Positions 54,219-63,513 of a stretch of 64,000 bases of DNA are shown one piece after another. Made by a program: the position numbers and the translations under genes. This stretch comes from an uncultured Verrucomicrobiota bacterium (lineage in GTDB: Bacteria; Verrucomicrobiota; Verrucomicrobiia; Limisphaerales; CAIYYI01). Under the pieces are notes generated by a model that saw nothing but the letters and a program-made list of their open reading frames with translations, ran no database searches and had not been told where the DNA came from. Every line of letters starts with the position of its first letter. Within the stretch, counting starts at the first letter, position 1. Location: positions 6,407-70,406 of the forward strand of contig CAIYYI010000096.1 in NCBI GenBank assembly GCA_903930345.1. The letters run 5' to 3'.

Positions 54219-54286
54219 AGGGTTCAGATCTGCCGTGGACTTGGCGGGTGCCAAAGGTGGTCACCCATGGGAGTGAAACGCCGGGG

Positions 54287-57200
54287 TCAGTCAACCTGCT
54301 GCAATCGGTAGAACCGGTAAGCCTGGGTGGTGGGGTCGGTCAGACTTATGGTTGTGCCGGCAGCCACCACGTCGCGATAGAGCTGGACCCAGCGCTTGCC
54401 GACCGATTCATCGAAATAAAAGACCCGGTAGGTGTGGCCCGGCAGGGTGGCAAAGGAGAAGGTGGCCTCACCGCCCACGGCGAGGACGTTTTGGATCGTC
54501 AGCCCTACGGTGGGGATCTCACGCGGCGCGCGGATGGCCATGATGAAGGTGTTGGTGGCGCTGCGCGGTGGTACGCCATTGTCGGCCATGCGGACGGTGA
54601 CCGGATAGTCGCCGAAGGACTGGGAGGCTGGTACATACCAGCGGAAAAGACCGCTGGGGTTGAAGACGGATCCCGCCGGTCCGGACTCCATGGCGTAAGT
54701 CAGCACCTGGGGGTACTGGTCTGGATCCGTGCCCCGAACATTCACGGTCACCGTCTGCCCGGGCACGGCGTATTGGGTGCCGATATCGGGGAATCGCGGG
54801 GCGGTGTTATAAGCGGGGATGGCGGAATTGGGGTTCCGGGGCGTGGGCTTGGTCATGTAGTAGATCACGCCAGCGCCATCACTGTAACGGCCTTGGCTAA
54901 CATCGTTGGTTTGCTGCCCATACGAGATGACATCCACCGGGGTGCGGCCGTCCGGCTCGTAGAGGGTGATATCGCCGAGCGTCTGGCTGAGTTGGAAGTC
55001 CACATGCAGGTCGGCCCGGCCCGGGATGTTCTGGACGGGCTGGTTGTCTGCCCAGACCAGCAGAAAGCCGTTGGCCGGAATCCGGTACTGACCGTTGGTG
55101 GGGATCATGAACTTGGTGGGGTTGGCGGCGTTGTCGGAGAGGTAGAAGCCGCTGAGATCCACGGCTCGTGAGTTGGCGTTTAACAGTTCAATCCAATCCG
55201 CCGGTTGGTTATCGGCGGGATCCCGGAGCCCGGTGGTGTTTTTGGTCAGCCATTCGTTGATGAAGACGCGGATGGGCGGCTCGACATTGGTGGTGCCCGG
55301 AGTGGGGGTGTGCAGCACAAACGGCAGGAATCCGCGGCCTTCAGGACAAACGCCAAAGCTGACATCCAGCCCGAGATTGGTCCAGGTGAGGTAGTCGATG
55401 ATTTGCGGAGTGTCACCCGCCAGTTTTACCAGCGCCAGTTTCCCATTGGGGAAGAGCCGGAAATTGGTGTGCAGATCACGGCTCTGGGATTGGGCTTCCT
55501 GACCATCCGCCCAAACCACGAGGTGTTCGCCGGGCCCGATGGCCATGCCGGGTGGGAATGCCCATTGCAGTAGGTTGGTGGTGTAGTTGTCCGCCAGGTA
55601 ATAACCCTCCAGGCTCAGGGCGGTGTCACCACCATTCAGAAGTTCAAGCCAGGGATCATGTTCGTTCGCACTGTCCCGCAGACCCATCTGGTTATCCACC
55701 TGAACCTCGTTCAGCCAGAGTGGTTCTCCAGGTGGCAGCGTGGCGGTGACGGAGTTGGCGGCTCCGGGAGTGGCGGGCATGGCTGCATCCACCGCCCAGT
55801 TGCGGGAACGGCTGTTATCCTGGCTGGGGTCGATCAATTGCAGGGATTGTCCAGGCTGGGGGAGGGGCCACGGGGCATTGTATTCATAGCGTACCGCATC
55901 AATCACCTGGCCGCCGGCGACATCCGTCCGCACCAGTTGCAGCGTCTGGCCGATGGTGGAGAGGCTGTTGGAAAAGGTGGCAAAGATGGGGATGCGGCCG
56001 TAGGCGGCGGTGAAGGCCAGGCGATTTTGGGCGAGCACCAGGGTTTGGCCGTTGGTCACAATGGAGCCGGGAGGGAAGCTGAAATTGAGTTCGTCCAGGC
56101 GCCAGCCGGTGAGGTCGAAGTTGAACGGCGTGCGGTTCATGATTTCAATGAACTGCGCGCCGGGCAGGGCGGGGTTGTACATGACTTCGCTGATGAGGAA
56201 GGCATCGGTCGGGTCTGGAACCGTGCCGGTGAAGTTGACGGCTTGCGAGGCGACCGCGTTGGAGAGGATGACGCCAAATCGATCAAAGCCCTGGACGACG
56301 AAATGGTTTGTGCCCGGTTTGAGCGTCAGCGTCATTGTGAAGTTGGTGGCCGTGCTCCAGGTGACCGGGTAGGCGGTTCCGTTCAGAATGACGGTTTTCA
56401 CCTCCACCGGGGCGGTGCCGCCCAGGACCAGCAGATTGTTGGTGGTATCGTTTTCCGCCGTGCCGTCCAGGGCAAAGCCGACCTGCACGGAGGCCAGTTG
56501 CTGTTGGATGAAGGCACGGCGTGTGCCGATGAAGGTCTTGATGGCCGCCACGGCGTCCAGATCCACATTGATATTGTTGTTGGTCAATGCGGTGAGATGG
56601 GCATCAATAAACGGATCCAGATTCTCGTTGCTGAACGGCCCGCTGACCAGGTCTGCGAAGGCCCGCCAGTAGGCGCGGGCCATGGCCGGGGTGTTGAACA
56701 TGGCGGCAACGCGCGGTTCCACGGTCTCAAAGAGCGGCTCGTTGGCCGGGCGTCCGAGGCCCATGCTGTAGTCAATGTCCCAGGTCATGTGCTGGAAGAG
56801 GCCGTTGGCGGGCTTGTAGAGGTAGTCGTTTTTGCCGCGCATCCAGCCGTAGCTATCGTAATTGCCCACGATACGTTGCACCGCGAACAGGCGCATCCAG
56901 TGCTCCCAATCCGCGATGGCGCCGAAGGCGGCGGGATCCACCATGTGGTTGGTGGGGTTGTCGGCCGGGCTGACGGCATCCACGAGCGCCAGGATTTGCG
57001 AATAATCATTGGCCGAGGAGCCGATGTTGACGGAGCGCTTGCGGAACATGAAGCGGTAGGGGGCGGCGGAGAGCTGGGGCAGCCCGTTGATATTCACGGT
57101 GCGCCGGGTCAGATCGGCGTCGTGGTTGGCGGCGATGTCATAGCCATTGTCGTCAAATTCAAACCAGTCCTCCACTTTGAAGAGCAGCCCGCCTGCGTCA

Positions 57201-60091
57201 TTGGGGAACCATTGGGCAATCATATCGCCGTTGGGCTGCTGGGAATCCTCAAAAATGAAATTGCCCGGTCGCTCATGCGCCGTGCTGCGCTGGCTGCCAT
57301 TGACGAAGAAATGGATGTAGCGCCGGTTGTTGAACTCCATGCCCAGGCTGTCAAAGACCTTGTAAACCGTCTGCTCGGCCAGGGCGCTGGGATCGCTGAT
57401 GGTGGTGAAATTCGGGTTTCCGGGGTTGTTGAGGACAAAATCCGTGGATCCCAGGAGGGGATCATCCCCGGGAAAATTCATTTCATAGTCCACGCGGTTG
57501 GCACCAGAGGGACCGGTGAGGGTGTTGCCCCGGTGCCAGGGGCTGCCGGAGTAAAGGGGCAGGGCGTTGTACATGACCCGGCAGTTGTTGTACACAAACG
57601 TGCCATCCACCGCCGTGTTGTTCTGGGCGTCACGGGTGTGCCAGTGATTGGAATTGGCGCTGGTGATCCACAGGTGATAGGTGGCGAAATCGCCGGGCAT
57701 TTGCACCTCACCCCAGCGCACCACACACTCCCGTGCCACGGCATCGCTGGGCCAGCAGCGCGAAAATCCCGGGGCGGGGAAAAGATCCTTGGGAAATGTT
57801 CCCGTGGCCCCCTGGTTGTCCTTGGCCTCCACGTAAAAGGCCGTCACGGTGTTGCTGGGCTGCCCGGGAATCGTGGCGCTGTAAATGCCATCATTGGCAA
57901 TGGCATCCCCGCCGGTGCCATCGTCGGTCATGGAGAGGGTGGTGAAGATCGGATTCGGATCCATCCGGTAGCGCAGGTTGATGACCTGAATGCCCTGCGG
58001 ATCGGTGGCGCGGGCGGAAACCACCACCCCCTCGCCGTCGGCCGGGAGGATCGGGGCGTGGCTCACCCCGTAAATGGCGGGGCCGGCATTGGCCACGCGG
58101 CGGCTGTTGGGCAGGCCGGGAGTGCCGAGCTTTTTCGAGAGTGTCAGCCAGCTGAAGGCTTCCGTGGCGCTGCCATGGAGCCGCAGCAGGAGTTCGGGAT
58201 GGCCGCGCACCCACCGGGCCTTGGCCCGGATGGAAACGTTTTTTGCGTCGGCCGGCACCGGGTGGGCCAGCGGCGCGGAAAGGATGCGGTTGGATTGGTT
58301 GTCGCCTCGGGAGCCGGCGCGCACGTGCAGGCTTTTGCCGCCCGCAAAGCCGCTGCCTTCCAGGGTTGAAAAATCGTGGGATCCCTGAAGCCTCCAGCCC
58401 TCCAGCCCGGCTTCAAACCCGCCGTTGACCACCAGGTTTGGACCATTGTCCACCCGCACCTCCACCTCATCCACCAAGCACTCCCCGATGCCTTGCAGCA
58501 GGATGATCAGCCGGTCATTAATCGCGGTGCCGAGGGTTTCACCCACCGGTCCGGTGTATTCAATGGCCGTCCAGAGGCTTTCGCCGGTGTCATCGCTGTC
58601 CGCCCAATTCGAGGGAAAGTGTTCGTCCGCTTCCACATCGATCAGTTCCAGGCTGCTGCCCCGGCCATCGCTCCAGTCCCCCCACTTTCCGCCGTCCCCA
58701 TAGATCAGTTCGCTGATCGGAACATCCAGTTTGGCCTCCACGCGGGTGCCGTTGACCAAAATGGTGTCGTAATCGGCGGAGGTCAGCAGAATCCGCTCCC
58801 CGCCGTTGGCCAGGGTTCCCGTATATGGGCCGAAGGTATTGGCGGAGTTCAGGTTGGAATAGATCGTGAACAGGTTCGTCGGGCTTTTCGCCATCACCCA
58901 ATAAGCTCCCGGCGGCATGGGTGGGGTGTTGTTGGGGAAGATGTAGCTGATGCCGACCAGAAAACTCCAGGCGGACAGGTTGACATAGCTGCTGCTGCGA
59001 TTATGAAACTCCAGGTATTCGTCCTCTGTGTCACCGGAAATGGGATTATACATGATTTCGGTGATGACGATCGGGGATCGGACCGGCGGGGCATTGGGTT
59101 CCTCTGGTGTGCGTCGCGACATGCCGTATTGGATGGGGCCGCCATCGGGCCAGCGCCCACTGGAGACATTGTTGGAGGATCCCCGGAAATCAATGGCGTC
59201 AATCACCCGTGTCTGGTCCGCATTCCAGAGGAACATTGATTCACCACCGGCGAACAGCTCGAAGCCCATGTCGTTTTGGTCAAAGACAACAAAGCCGCGC
59301 GCTGGGATCACGGTGAAGTCGGAGATGCGGAATTTGTTCGTGGTGGGATCATCGCTCAACCAGGCCCCGGAAAGGTCCACGTCGGTGTTGGCATGGTTGT
59401 AGAGTTCAATATAATCCACTGGATCGCTGTGGTTTTGCCATTCGTTGATGCACACGGTCGCCATGGGGTCGTGGGTCACGGGATCCGGCCTGCCCGGAGA
59501 ACCGCCCACGCTATCGCTCTCCGCCCAGGCCCGGAAGTCATTTTCGCCGTAGGAAGGTCGCACGAGCACCAGAGAATGGCCGGGGCCATCCGCCGTTTCC
59601 GGCCAGGGCGGGGAATCCGCATAATTGACATCCAAAAGAATGGCCCCCTGCCGGTTTCTCAGGCGGACAATGCCACGTTCCATGGAGAGGCGGTTGGTGC
59701 CGGCCCCATCCCAAGGCCCATAGACATTCGTGATGCCATGGTTGGTCATCACAATATCCGGAACCCGGGCCACGACGAGGTAGGCGCCCGCTTGGAGCAG
59801 GGTATTGGAGGGGAAAACAAAATGCACATCGCCATCAATGGCAAAACCGCTGAGGTTTTCCGCCCAGGGTTTGGAATTATAAAGCTCAATGAATTCCCGG
59901 GTGAGGTTGGTGGTCAACCCGGCCTCGGGCCGGGGATGGTACATGATTTCGGTGATGACCAGACCGGTGCGGCGGGTGGAAGGCCCCGGGGGTTCACGGT
60001 CCAAGGTGAACTGGGCGTGGGATGGCCCGGCAAGACCCGCCAGAACACACGCCACCAGCAGCCAGTGAAAACGGCATAAACAATTCACCAT
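54287..60091 (-). CDS. Giant secreted LTDx3-CotH-LTDx3 protein (1934 aa), paralogue of 6909..16109
   Basis: ATG 60091(-) with signal peptide MVNCLCRFHWLLVACVLAGLAGPSHAQ. LTDs start at aa ~44, 212, 340, 1297, 1457 and 1608 (VITEIMYHP..FIELYN; CINEW..YIELYN; VITEIMYNP..YLEFHN; ISEVMYNP..FIEIMN; LNEVQ..WLELLN; INEWL..WIELLN). CotH-like: aa ~788-1200 (FVYNNCRVMYN, YSGSPWH, WFEFDD, MTWDIDYSMG). The C-terminus has a cadherin-like domain plus a final beta-sandwich ending YRFYRLQQVD. Confidence 0.9.
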   Translation of the reverse strand: MVNCLCRFHWLLVACVLAGLAGPSHAQFTLDREPPGPSTRRTGLVITEIMYHPRPEAGLTTNLTREFIELYNSKPWAENLSGFAIDGDVHFVFPSNTLLQAGAYLVVARVPDIVMTNHGITNVYGPWDGAGTNRLSMERGIVRLRNRQGAILLDVNYADSPPWPETADGPGHSLVLVRPSYGENDFRAWAESDSVGGSPGRPDPVTHDPMATVCINEWQNHSDPVDYIELYNHANTDVDLSGAWLSDDPTTNKFRISDFTVIPARGFVVFDQNDMGFELFAGGESMFLWNADQTRVIDAIDFRGSSNNVSSGRWPDGGPIQYGMSRRTPEEPNAPPVRSPIVITEIMYNPISGDTEDEYLEFHNRSSSYVNLSAWSFLVGISYIFPNNTPPMPPGAYWVMAKSPTNLFTIYSNLNSANTFGPYTGTLANGGERILLTSADYDTILVNGTRVEAKLDVPISELIYGDGGKWGDWSDGRGSSLELIDVEADEHFPSNWADSDDTGESLWTAIEYTGPVGETLGTAINDRLIILLQGIGECLVDEVEVRVDNGPNLVVNGGFEAGLEGWRLQGSHDFSTLEGSGFAGGKSLHVRAGSRGDNQSNRILSAPLAHPVPADAKNVSIRAKARWVRGHPELLLRLHGSATEAFSWLTLSKKLGTPGLPNSRRVANAGPAIYGVSHAPILPADGEGVVVSARATDPQGIQVINLRYRMDPNPIFTTLSMTDDGTGGDAIANDGIYSATIPGQPSNTVTAFYVEAKDNQGATGTFPKDLFPAPGFSRCWPSDAVARECVVRWGEVQMPGDFATYHLWITSANSNHWHTRDAQNNTAVDGTFVYNNCRVMYNALPLYSGSPWHRGNTLTGPSGANRVDYEMNFPGDDPLLGSTDFVLNNPGNPNFTTISDPSALAEQTVYKVFDSLGMEFNNRRYIHFFVNGSQRSTAHERPGNFIFEDSQQPNGDMIAQWFPNDAGGLLFKVEDWFEFDDNGYDIAANHDADLTRRTVNINGLPQLSAAPYRFMFRKRSVNIGSSANDYSQILALVDAVSPADNPTNHMVDPAAFGAIADWEHWMRLFAVQRIVGNYDSYGWMRGKNDYLYKPANGLFQHMTWDIDYSMGLGRPANEPLFETVEPRVAAMFNTPAMARAYWRAFADLVSGPFSNENLDPFIDAHLTALTNNNINVDLDAVAAIKTFIGTRRAFIQQQLASVQVGFALDGTAENDTTNNLLVLGGTAPVEVKTVILNGTAYPVTWSTATNFTMTLTLKPGTNHFVVQGFDRFGVILSNAVASQAVNFTGTVPDPTDAFLISEVMYNPALPGAQFIEIMNRTPFNFDLTGWRLDELNFSFPPGSIVTNGQTLVLAQNRLAFTAAYGRIPIFATFSNSLSTIGQTLQLVRTDVAGGQVIDAVRYEYNAPWPLPQPGQSLQLIDPSQDNSRSRNWAVDAAMPATPGAANSVTATLPPGEPLWLNEVQVDNQMGLRDSANEHDPWLELLNGGDTALSLEGYYLADNYTTNLLQWAFPPGMAIGPGEHLVVWADGQEAQSQSRDLHTNFRLFPNGKLALVKLAGDTPQIIDYLTWTNLGLDVSFGVCPEGRGFLPFVLHTPTPGTTNVEPPIRVFINEWLTKNTTGLRDPADNQPADWIELLNANSRAVDLSGFYLSDNAANPTKFMIPTNGQYRIPANGFLLVWADNQPVQNIPGRADLHVDFQLSQTLGDITLYEPDGRTPVDVISYGQQTNDVSQGRYSDGAGVIYYMTKPTPRNPNSAIPAYNTAPRFPDIGTQYAVPGQTVTVNVRGTDPDQYPQVLTYAMESGPAGSVFNPSGLFRWYVPASQSFGDYPVTVRMADNGVPPRSATNTFIMAIRAPREIPTVGLTIQNVLAVGGEATFSFATLPGHTYRVFYFDESVGKRWVQLYRDVVAAGTTISLTDPTTQAYRFYRLQQVD

Positions 60092-60253
60092 AAATATTCT
60101 ACAAAACCATTGGTTGGGGTGGCCAACGCCAGACGATATCCCGATAGACGGGATTCGGATTGGCTATGTTACATGAATGTCTGGGAAGAGAATCTCCGGC
60201 TTGCCAAGGCGGCCTGGCTTGCCCACAGTTCCCGGGTATTGAGAAAGTTGTCT

Positions 60254-61060
60254 ATGCAGTCATCGCTAAAAGATCAGTGGGTGTTGATCACCGGAGCCTC
60301 CAGCGGCTTTGGCGCGGCCGCCGCCGTGGCCTTTGCGGGGCAGGGGGCCAATGTGCTTTTGGGGGCGCGGCGGATGGACCGCCTGGCCACCGTGGCGGAA
60401 GCCTGCCGCCAGGCCGGAAACGGTCAGGCCCTGGCCTGCTCCCTGGATGTGGCCTCCACCCCCAGCGTGGAGGCGTTTGTGCGCTGGGTGCGGGAGCAGA
60501 CGCCGAAGCTTTTTCTGCTGGTGAACAACGCGGGCGGCGCCAAGGGGATGGAAACAGTGGCGGAGGGACGGGATGAGGACTGGGAATTCATGCTCCAGAC
60601 CAACGTCCTTGGCATCCTGCGCATGACGCGCGCCTGTCTGCCGCTGTTGCAGGGGACACCCGGCAGCCAGATCATCAGCATTGGCTCCATTGCCAGCCGC
60701 ACTGCTTATGAGGGTGGGGCGGCATATTGCGCCGCGAAGGCCGGTGAATTGCAGATCACCCACGCCCTGCGCCTGGAACTCTGCGGCACCGGCATCCGTG
60801 TGGCCACCCTGGACCCCGGCTTTGCGGAGACGGAGTTTTCCCTGGTCCGCTTCAAGGGCGATGCGGTCCGCGCCCAGAAGGTGTACGACGGAATGACCCC
60901 GCTCTCCGCGCAGGACATCGCGGAAACCCTCGTCTGGATGGCCACGCGGCCCGCCCACGTCTGCATTGATGAGCTGGTCATCAAACCGACCGACCAGGCG
61001 GCCATCCACAAGGTGCATCGTCGTGGCCCGGGCCAGCGTCCGGCGGGCAAACCGTTTTGA
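60254..61060 (+). CDS. Short-chain dehydrogenase/reductase (YdfG-like, NADP-dependent)
   Basis: ATG 60254. WVLITGASSGFGAAAAVAFAGQGANVLLGARR is the T-G-x3-G-x-G motif. NNAG is present, and SIASRTAYEGGAAYCAAKAG carries the S...Y-x3-K catalytic residues. 268 aa. Confidence 0.9.
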   Translation: MQSSLKDQWVLITGASSGFGAAAAVAFAGQGANVLLGARRMDRLATVAEACRQAGNGQALACSLDVASTPSVEAFVRWVREQTPKLFLLVNNAGGAKGMETVAEGRDEDWEFMLQTNVLGILRMTRACLPLLQGTPGSQIISIGSIASRTAYEGGAAYCAAKAGELQITHALRLELCGTGIRVATLDPGFAETEFSLVRFKGDAVRAQKVYDGMTPLSAQDIAETLVWMATRPAHVCIDELVIKPTDQAAIHKVHRRGPGQRPAGKPF

Positions 61061-61084
61061 CCGGCCCCTCGTGCGTTGCCGCCC

Positions 61085-61699
61085 ATGAAAGAGGTGTTGA
61101 TGTCCGCCGTGCTGCTCGGATTTTCCGCCGGGTTTGCGCCGGGTCCGTTGATGTCGTTGGTGATCTCCCAATCCCTGCAGCATGGCGCCCGCGAGGGGGC
61201 CAAGACCGCCCTGGTGCCGCTGGTGACCGACATTCCCGTCATCATTTTGTCGCTGCTCCTCACGACGCAACTGTCGCAGATGAAGCCGTTTCTCGGTCTC
61301 ATTTCGTTTGCCGGGTGCGCTTTTGTCCTCTACCTGGCGTGGGGCAACTTTCGCGCGCCGCATGTGACCGTGAATGGCGCCCCCACGGAGGCGCGGTCCT
61401 GGCAGAAGGGGATCATCACCAATTTTCTCAGCCCCAACCCCTGGCTGTTCTGGTTCACGGTGGGGGCGGCCACGCTGATCAAGGCGAATGCCGTCGGCTG
61501 GCTGGCGGCCGTGCTTTTCCTAGTGGTTTTTTACGTGCTGCTGTGCGGCACAAAGACCCTGCTGGCCGTGGTCGCCGGCCGCTTGCGGGCTTTTCTGGAG
61601 GGCCGCGCCTACCGGCTGGTGCTGCGGTTGCTGGGCGTCTCGCTCGTGTTGCTGGCGCTGCTCCTGCTGCGCGATGGTTTGCGCTACATGGGGCTGTGA
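61085..61699 (+). CDS. LysE/RhtB-family amino-acid exporter
   Basis: ATG 61085. LLGFSAGFAPGPLMSLVISQSLQHGAREGAKTALVPLVTD is the typical LysE N-terminal P-G-P motif region. About 204 aa with 5-6 TM segments. Confidence 0.8.
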   Translation: MKEVLMSAVLLGFSAGFAPGPLMSLVISQSLQHGAREGAKTALVPLVTDIPVIILSLLLTTQLSQMKPFLGLISFAGCAFVLYLAWGNFRAPHVTVNGAPTEARSWQKGIITNFLSPNPWLFWFTVGAATLIKANAVGWLAAVLFLVVFYVLLCGTKTLLAVVAGRLRAFLEGRAYRLVLRLLGVSLVLLALLLLRDGLRYMGL

Positions 61700-61702
61700 G
61701 GT

Positions 61703-63055
61703 TCATGGGACCACCTCCCAATGACCGCCCTTGTCGGGGCCTACCAGCCGGATGCGTCCGGCTTCACGCAGTTTGGCAATCTGTTTTTCCACAGCTCTGG
61801 GGGTGAGCCTCAGCCGGTCCGCAATTGCCTTGGCGGCCAGGCTCGGGTCGGCCCTCAGCGCAGCCATGATTTTCTCCGAACTTTTCTCCGGCCGCGTCTC
61901 TGCTTTTCGATGGATTGTCGCGGTGAACAGGCATCCTTCACGGTCATCGGCAAACCCAATCTCCGGCCAGTCCTCCAGCGCCCGCTTGATGCCGGAACCC
62001 AGTCCCCGATACGGCAACAATCCTTTGGCCACATACGACACCAGAATTGGATTGCGGATATTCGAGTTGCCAGCCTGGATTTTTGGAATCGTCAGATTGT
62101 TCGGCAGATGTCCGGGACTGATGATCTCAATGCGGTTGTCAAAAATGAAAAGCCGAATCGGGGCGCTGATCAGGTAGTCCCGATGCACAAGCGCATTGAC
62201 AAGGAGTTCCTCAAACACCAGCGCCGGAATTTCCGGCGTTCCGGGCGCATTGACGCCCTGTCCCGCCTGCGCCTTGCGCAAATTGCGCATGACAAACGTC
62301 ATGGCACCTTCAAACATCCTCGGCAAGGCTCCGCTGAAGTCTTCGCTATCGAGATAATCGCTTGCATGGATGTCATTGCCGGGATAACGGATCGCTTTAA
62401 CGATGAATTGTGGCTTGATCCACTCCGGCCGCTCGGCAAAGAGAAGAACTCCCCCCAGGTTCAAAACGCCGCCCTCCGTGGCCAGATTCATGTTTTGCAG
62501 CAGCTTCAGGCGTTCCCGGGCCGGATCCGGGAATTTCTGCTGGTAAACATCCCGCAGAAAATCGCGGAACCGCAGTTTGTCCAGTTTGTCGATTCCGGCC
62601 TTGGTCGGCAGTTCGTCCGCATGGAATTGCCCCGCGCTTTGGAACACCCGGCTCAGTTCCTCCTTGGAATTGACACGGCGCTTGTCCCCGCCATATTTAA
62701 GCCAGATGACGCCGTTCTTGTCGAAATAGGGTTTATCCATCCCCTTGGGCACAGTCAGCACAATGACGAGCCGCCTGTTTTTCAACGCCACATTTTCCGT
62801 TCGCACCGTCAATGGACTGCGCACATGCTGACTGGCCGCGTTGCCAATCAGTTGGTTGAGATGAGAAACCTCTTTTCGTTCCACGCCCGGCAGTGAGCCA
62901 TCGTCACCGACCCCGATGAAAAGTGTTCCGCCCTCGGAGTTGGAGAAAGCGGCCATCTCCGCCGCCAAGGCATCGGGATTCGCCACCTCCTGCTTGAATT
63001 GGCGATGGCTGTCCTCACCGAGGGCAACCTGGAATTTCAATTCCTTCAAGGTCAT
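61703..63055 (-). CDS. AlbA_2 (Schlafen-like) + HATPase_c_4 + wHTH protein (often annotated RecG-like putative transcriptional regulator)
   Basis: GEDSHRQFKQEV...AAFSNSEGGTLFIGVGDDGSLPGVE is the AlbA_2 signature. FEELLVNALVHRDYLISAPIRLFIFDNRIEIISPGHLPN is HATPase_c_4. The C-terminal IMAALRADPSLAAKAIADRLRLTPRAVEKQIAKLREAGRI is a wHTH. 450 aa. Confidence 0.75.
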   Translation of the reverse strand: MTLKELKFQVALGEDSHRQFKQEVANPDALAAEMAAFSNSEGGTLFIGVGDDGSLPGVERKEVSHLNQLIGNAASQHVRSPLTVRTENVALKNRRLVIVLTVPKGMDKPYFDKNGVIWLKYGGDKRRVNSKEELSRVFQSAGQFHADELPTKAGIDKLDKLRFRDFLRDVYQQKFPDPARERLKLLQNMNLATEGGVLNLGGVLLFAERPEWIKPQFIVKAIRYPGNDIHASDYLDSEDFSGALPRMFEGAMTFVMRNLRKAQAGQGVNAPGTPEIPALVFEELLVNALVHRDYLISAPIRLFIFDNRIEIISPGHLPNNLTIPKIQAGNSNIRNPILVSYVAKGLLPYRGLGSGIKRALEDWPEIGFADDREGCLFTATIHRKAETRPEKSSEKIMAALRADPSLAAKAIADRLRLTPRAVEKQIAKLREAGRIRLVGPDKGGHWEVVP

Positions 63056-63145
63056 GGGATGATCTTTCCAATGAATTCCAGGTCATAACAAGAACGAAAC
63101 CGTCCGTTCAAGGTTCCGTCTGAAGGGGCATCGGGAATCATCTGT

Positions 63146-63502
63146 TCACCGGTGTTGGATTTGTTGAATGCGCTCATGTGATGGTTGCGCCCGAAGTTTT
63201 TGCCCGCGTGGCGTGAGGCGGTAGCGCTGTTTGCTGCTCGTGGGTATTCCGGGTTCAGTGATTTCGATCATACCCGCTGCGAACGCCGGGAGCAGATAGG
63301 CTCTGCGGAAATGTTCATCGTTTATAACACGCCGTGTCAGAATGGCGCATAATGATGCGCAGTTGTAAGCCAGTTTACGATAAAAAAGTGGCCGAAAGCG
63401 ATAAATACCTGGCTGAGCGGGGCGACAATAAGTTGGGAGCCCAACTGAAATGGACGGTGGGGCTGTGAAAAGCGGATTGTCATCGGGCGCGGCTTGGGCC
63501 AA
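63146..63502 (-). pseudogene. Probable remnant of the C-terminal tail of a Fic/AlbA_2-type regulator
   Basis: Only the last ~60 codons look familiar (NDEHFRRAYLLPAFAAGMIEITEPGIPTSSKQRYRLTPRGQKL), a tail common at the C-terminus of Fic and AlbA_2-HATPase_c_4 proteins. The ORF begins with TTG 11 nt from the divergent SET gene start and has no internal Met before that tail. Confidence 0.35.
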
Positions 63503-63513
63503 GGTTTGAGGGC

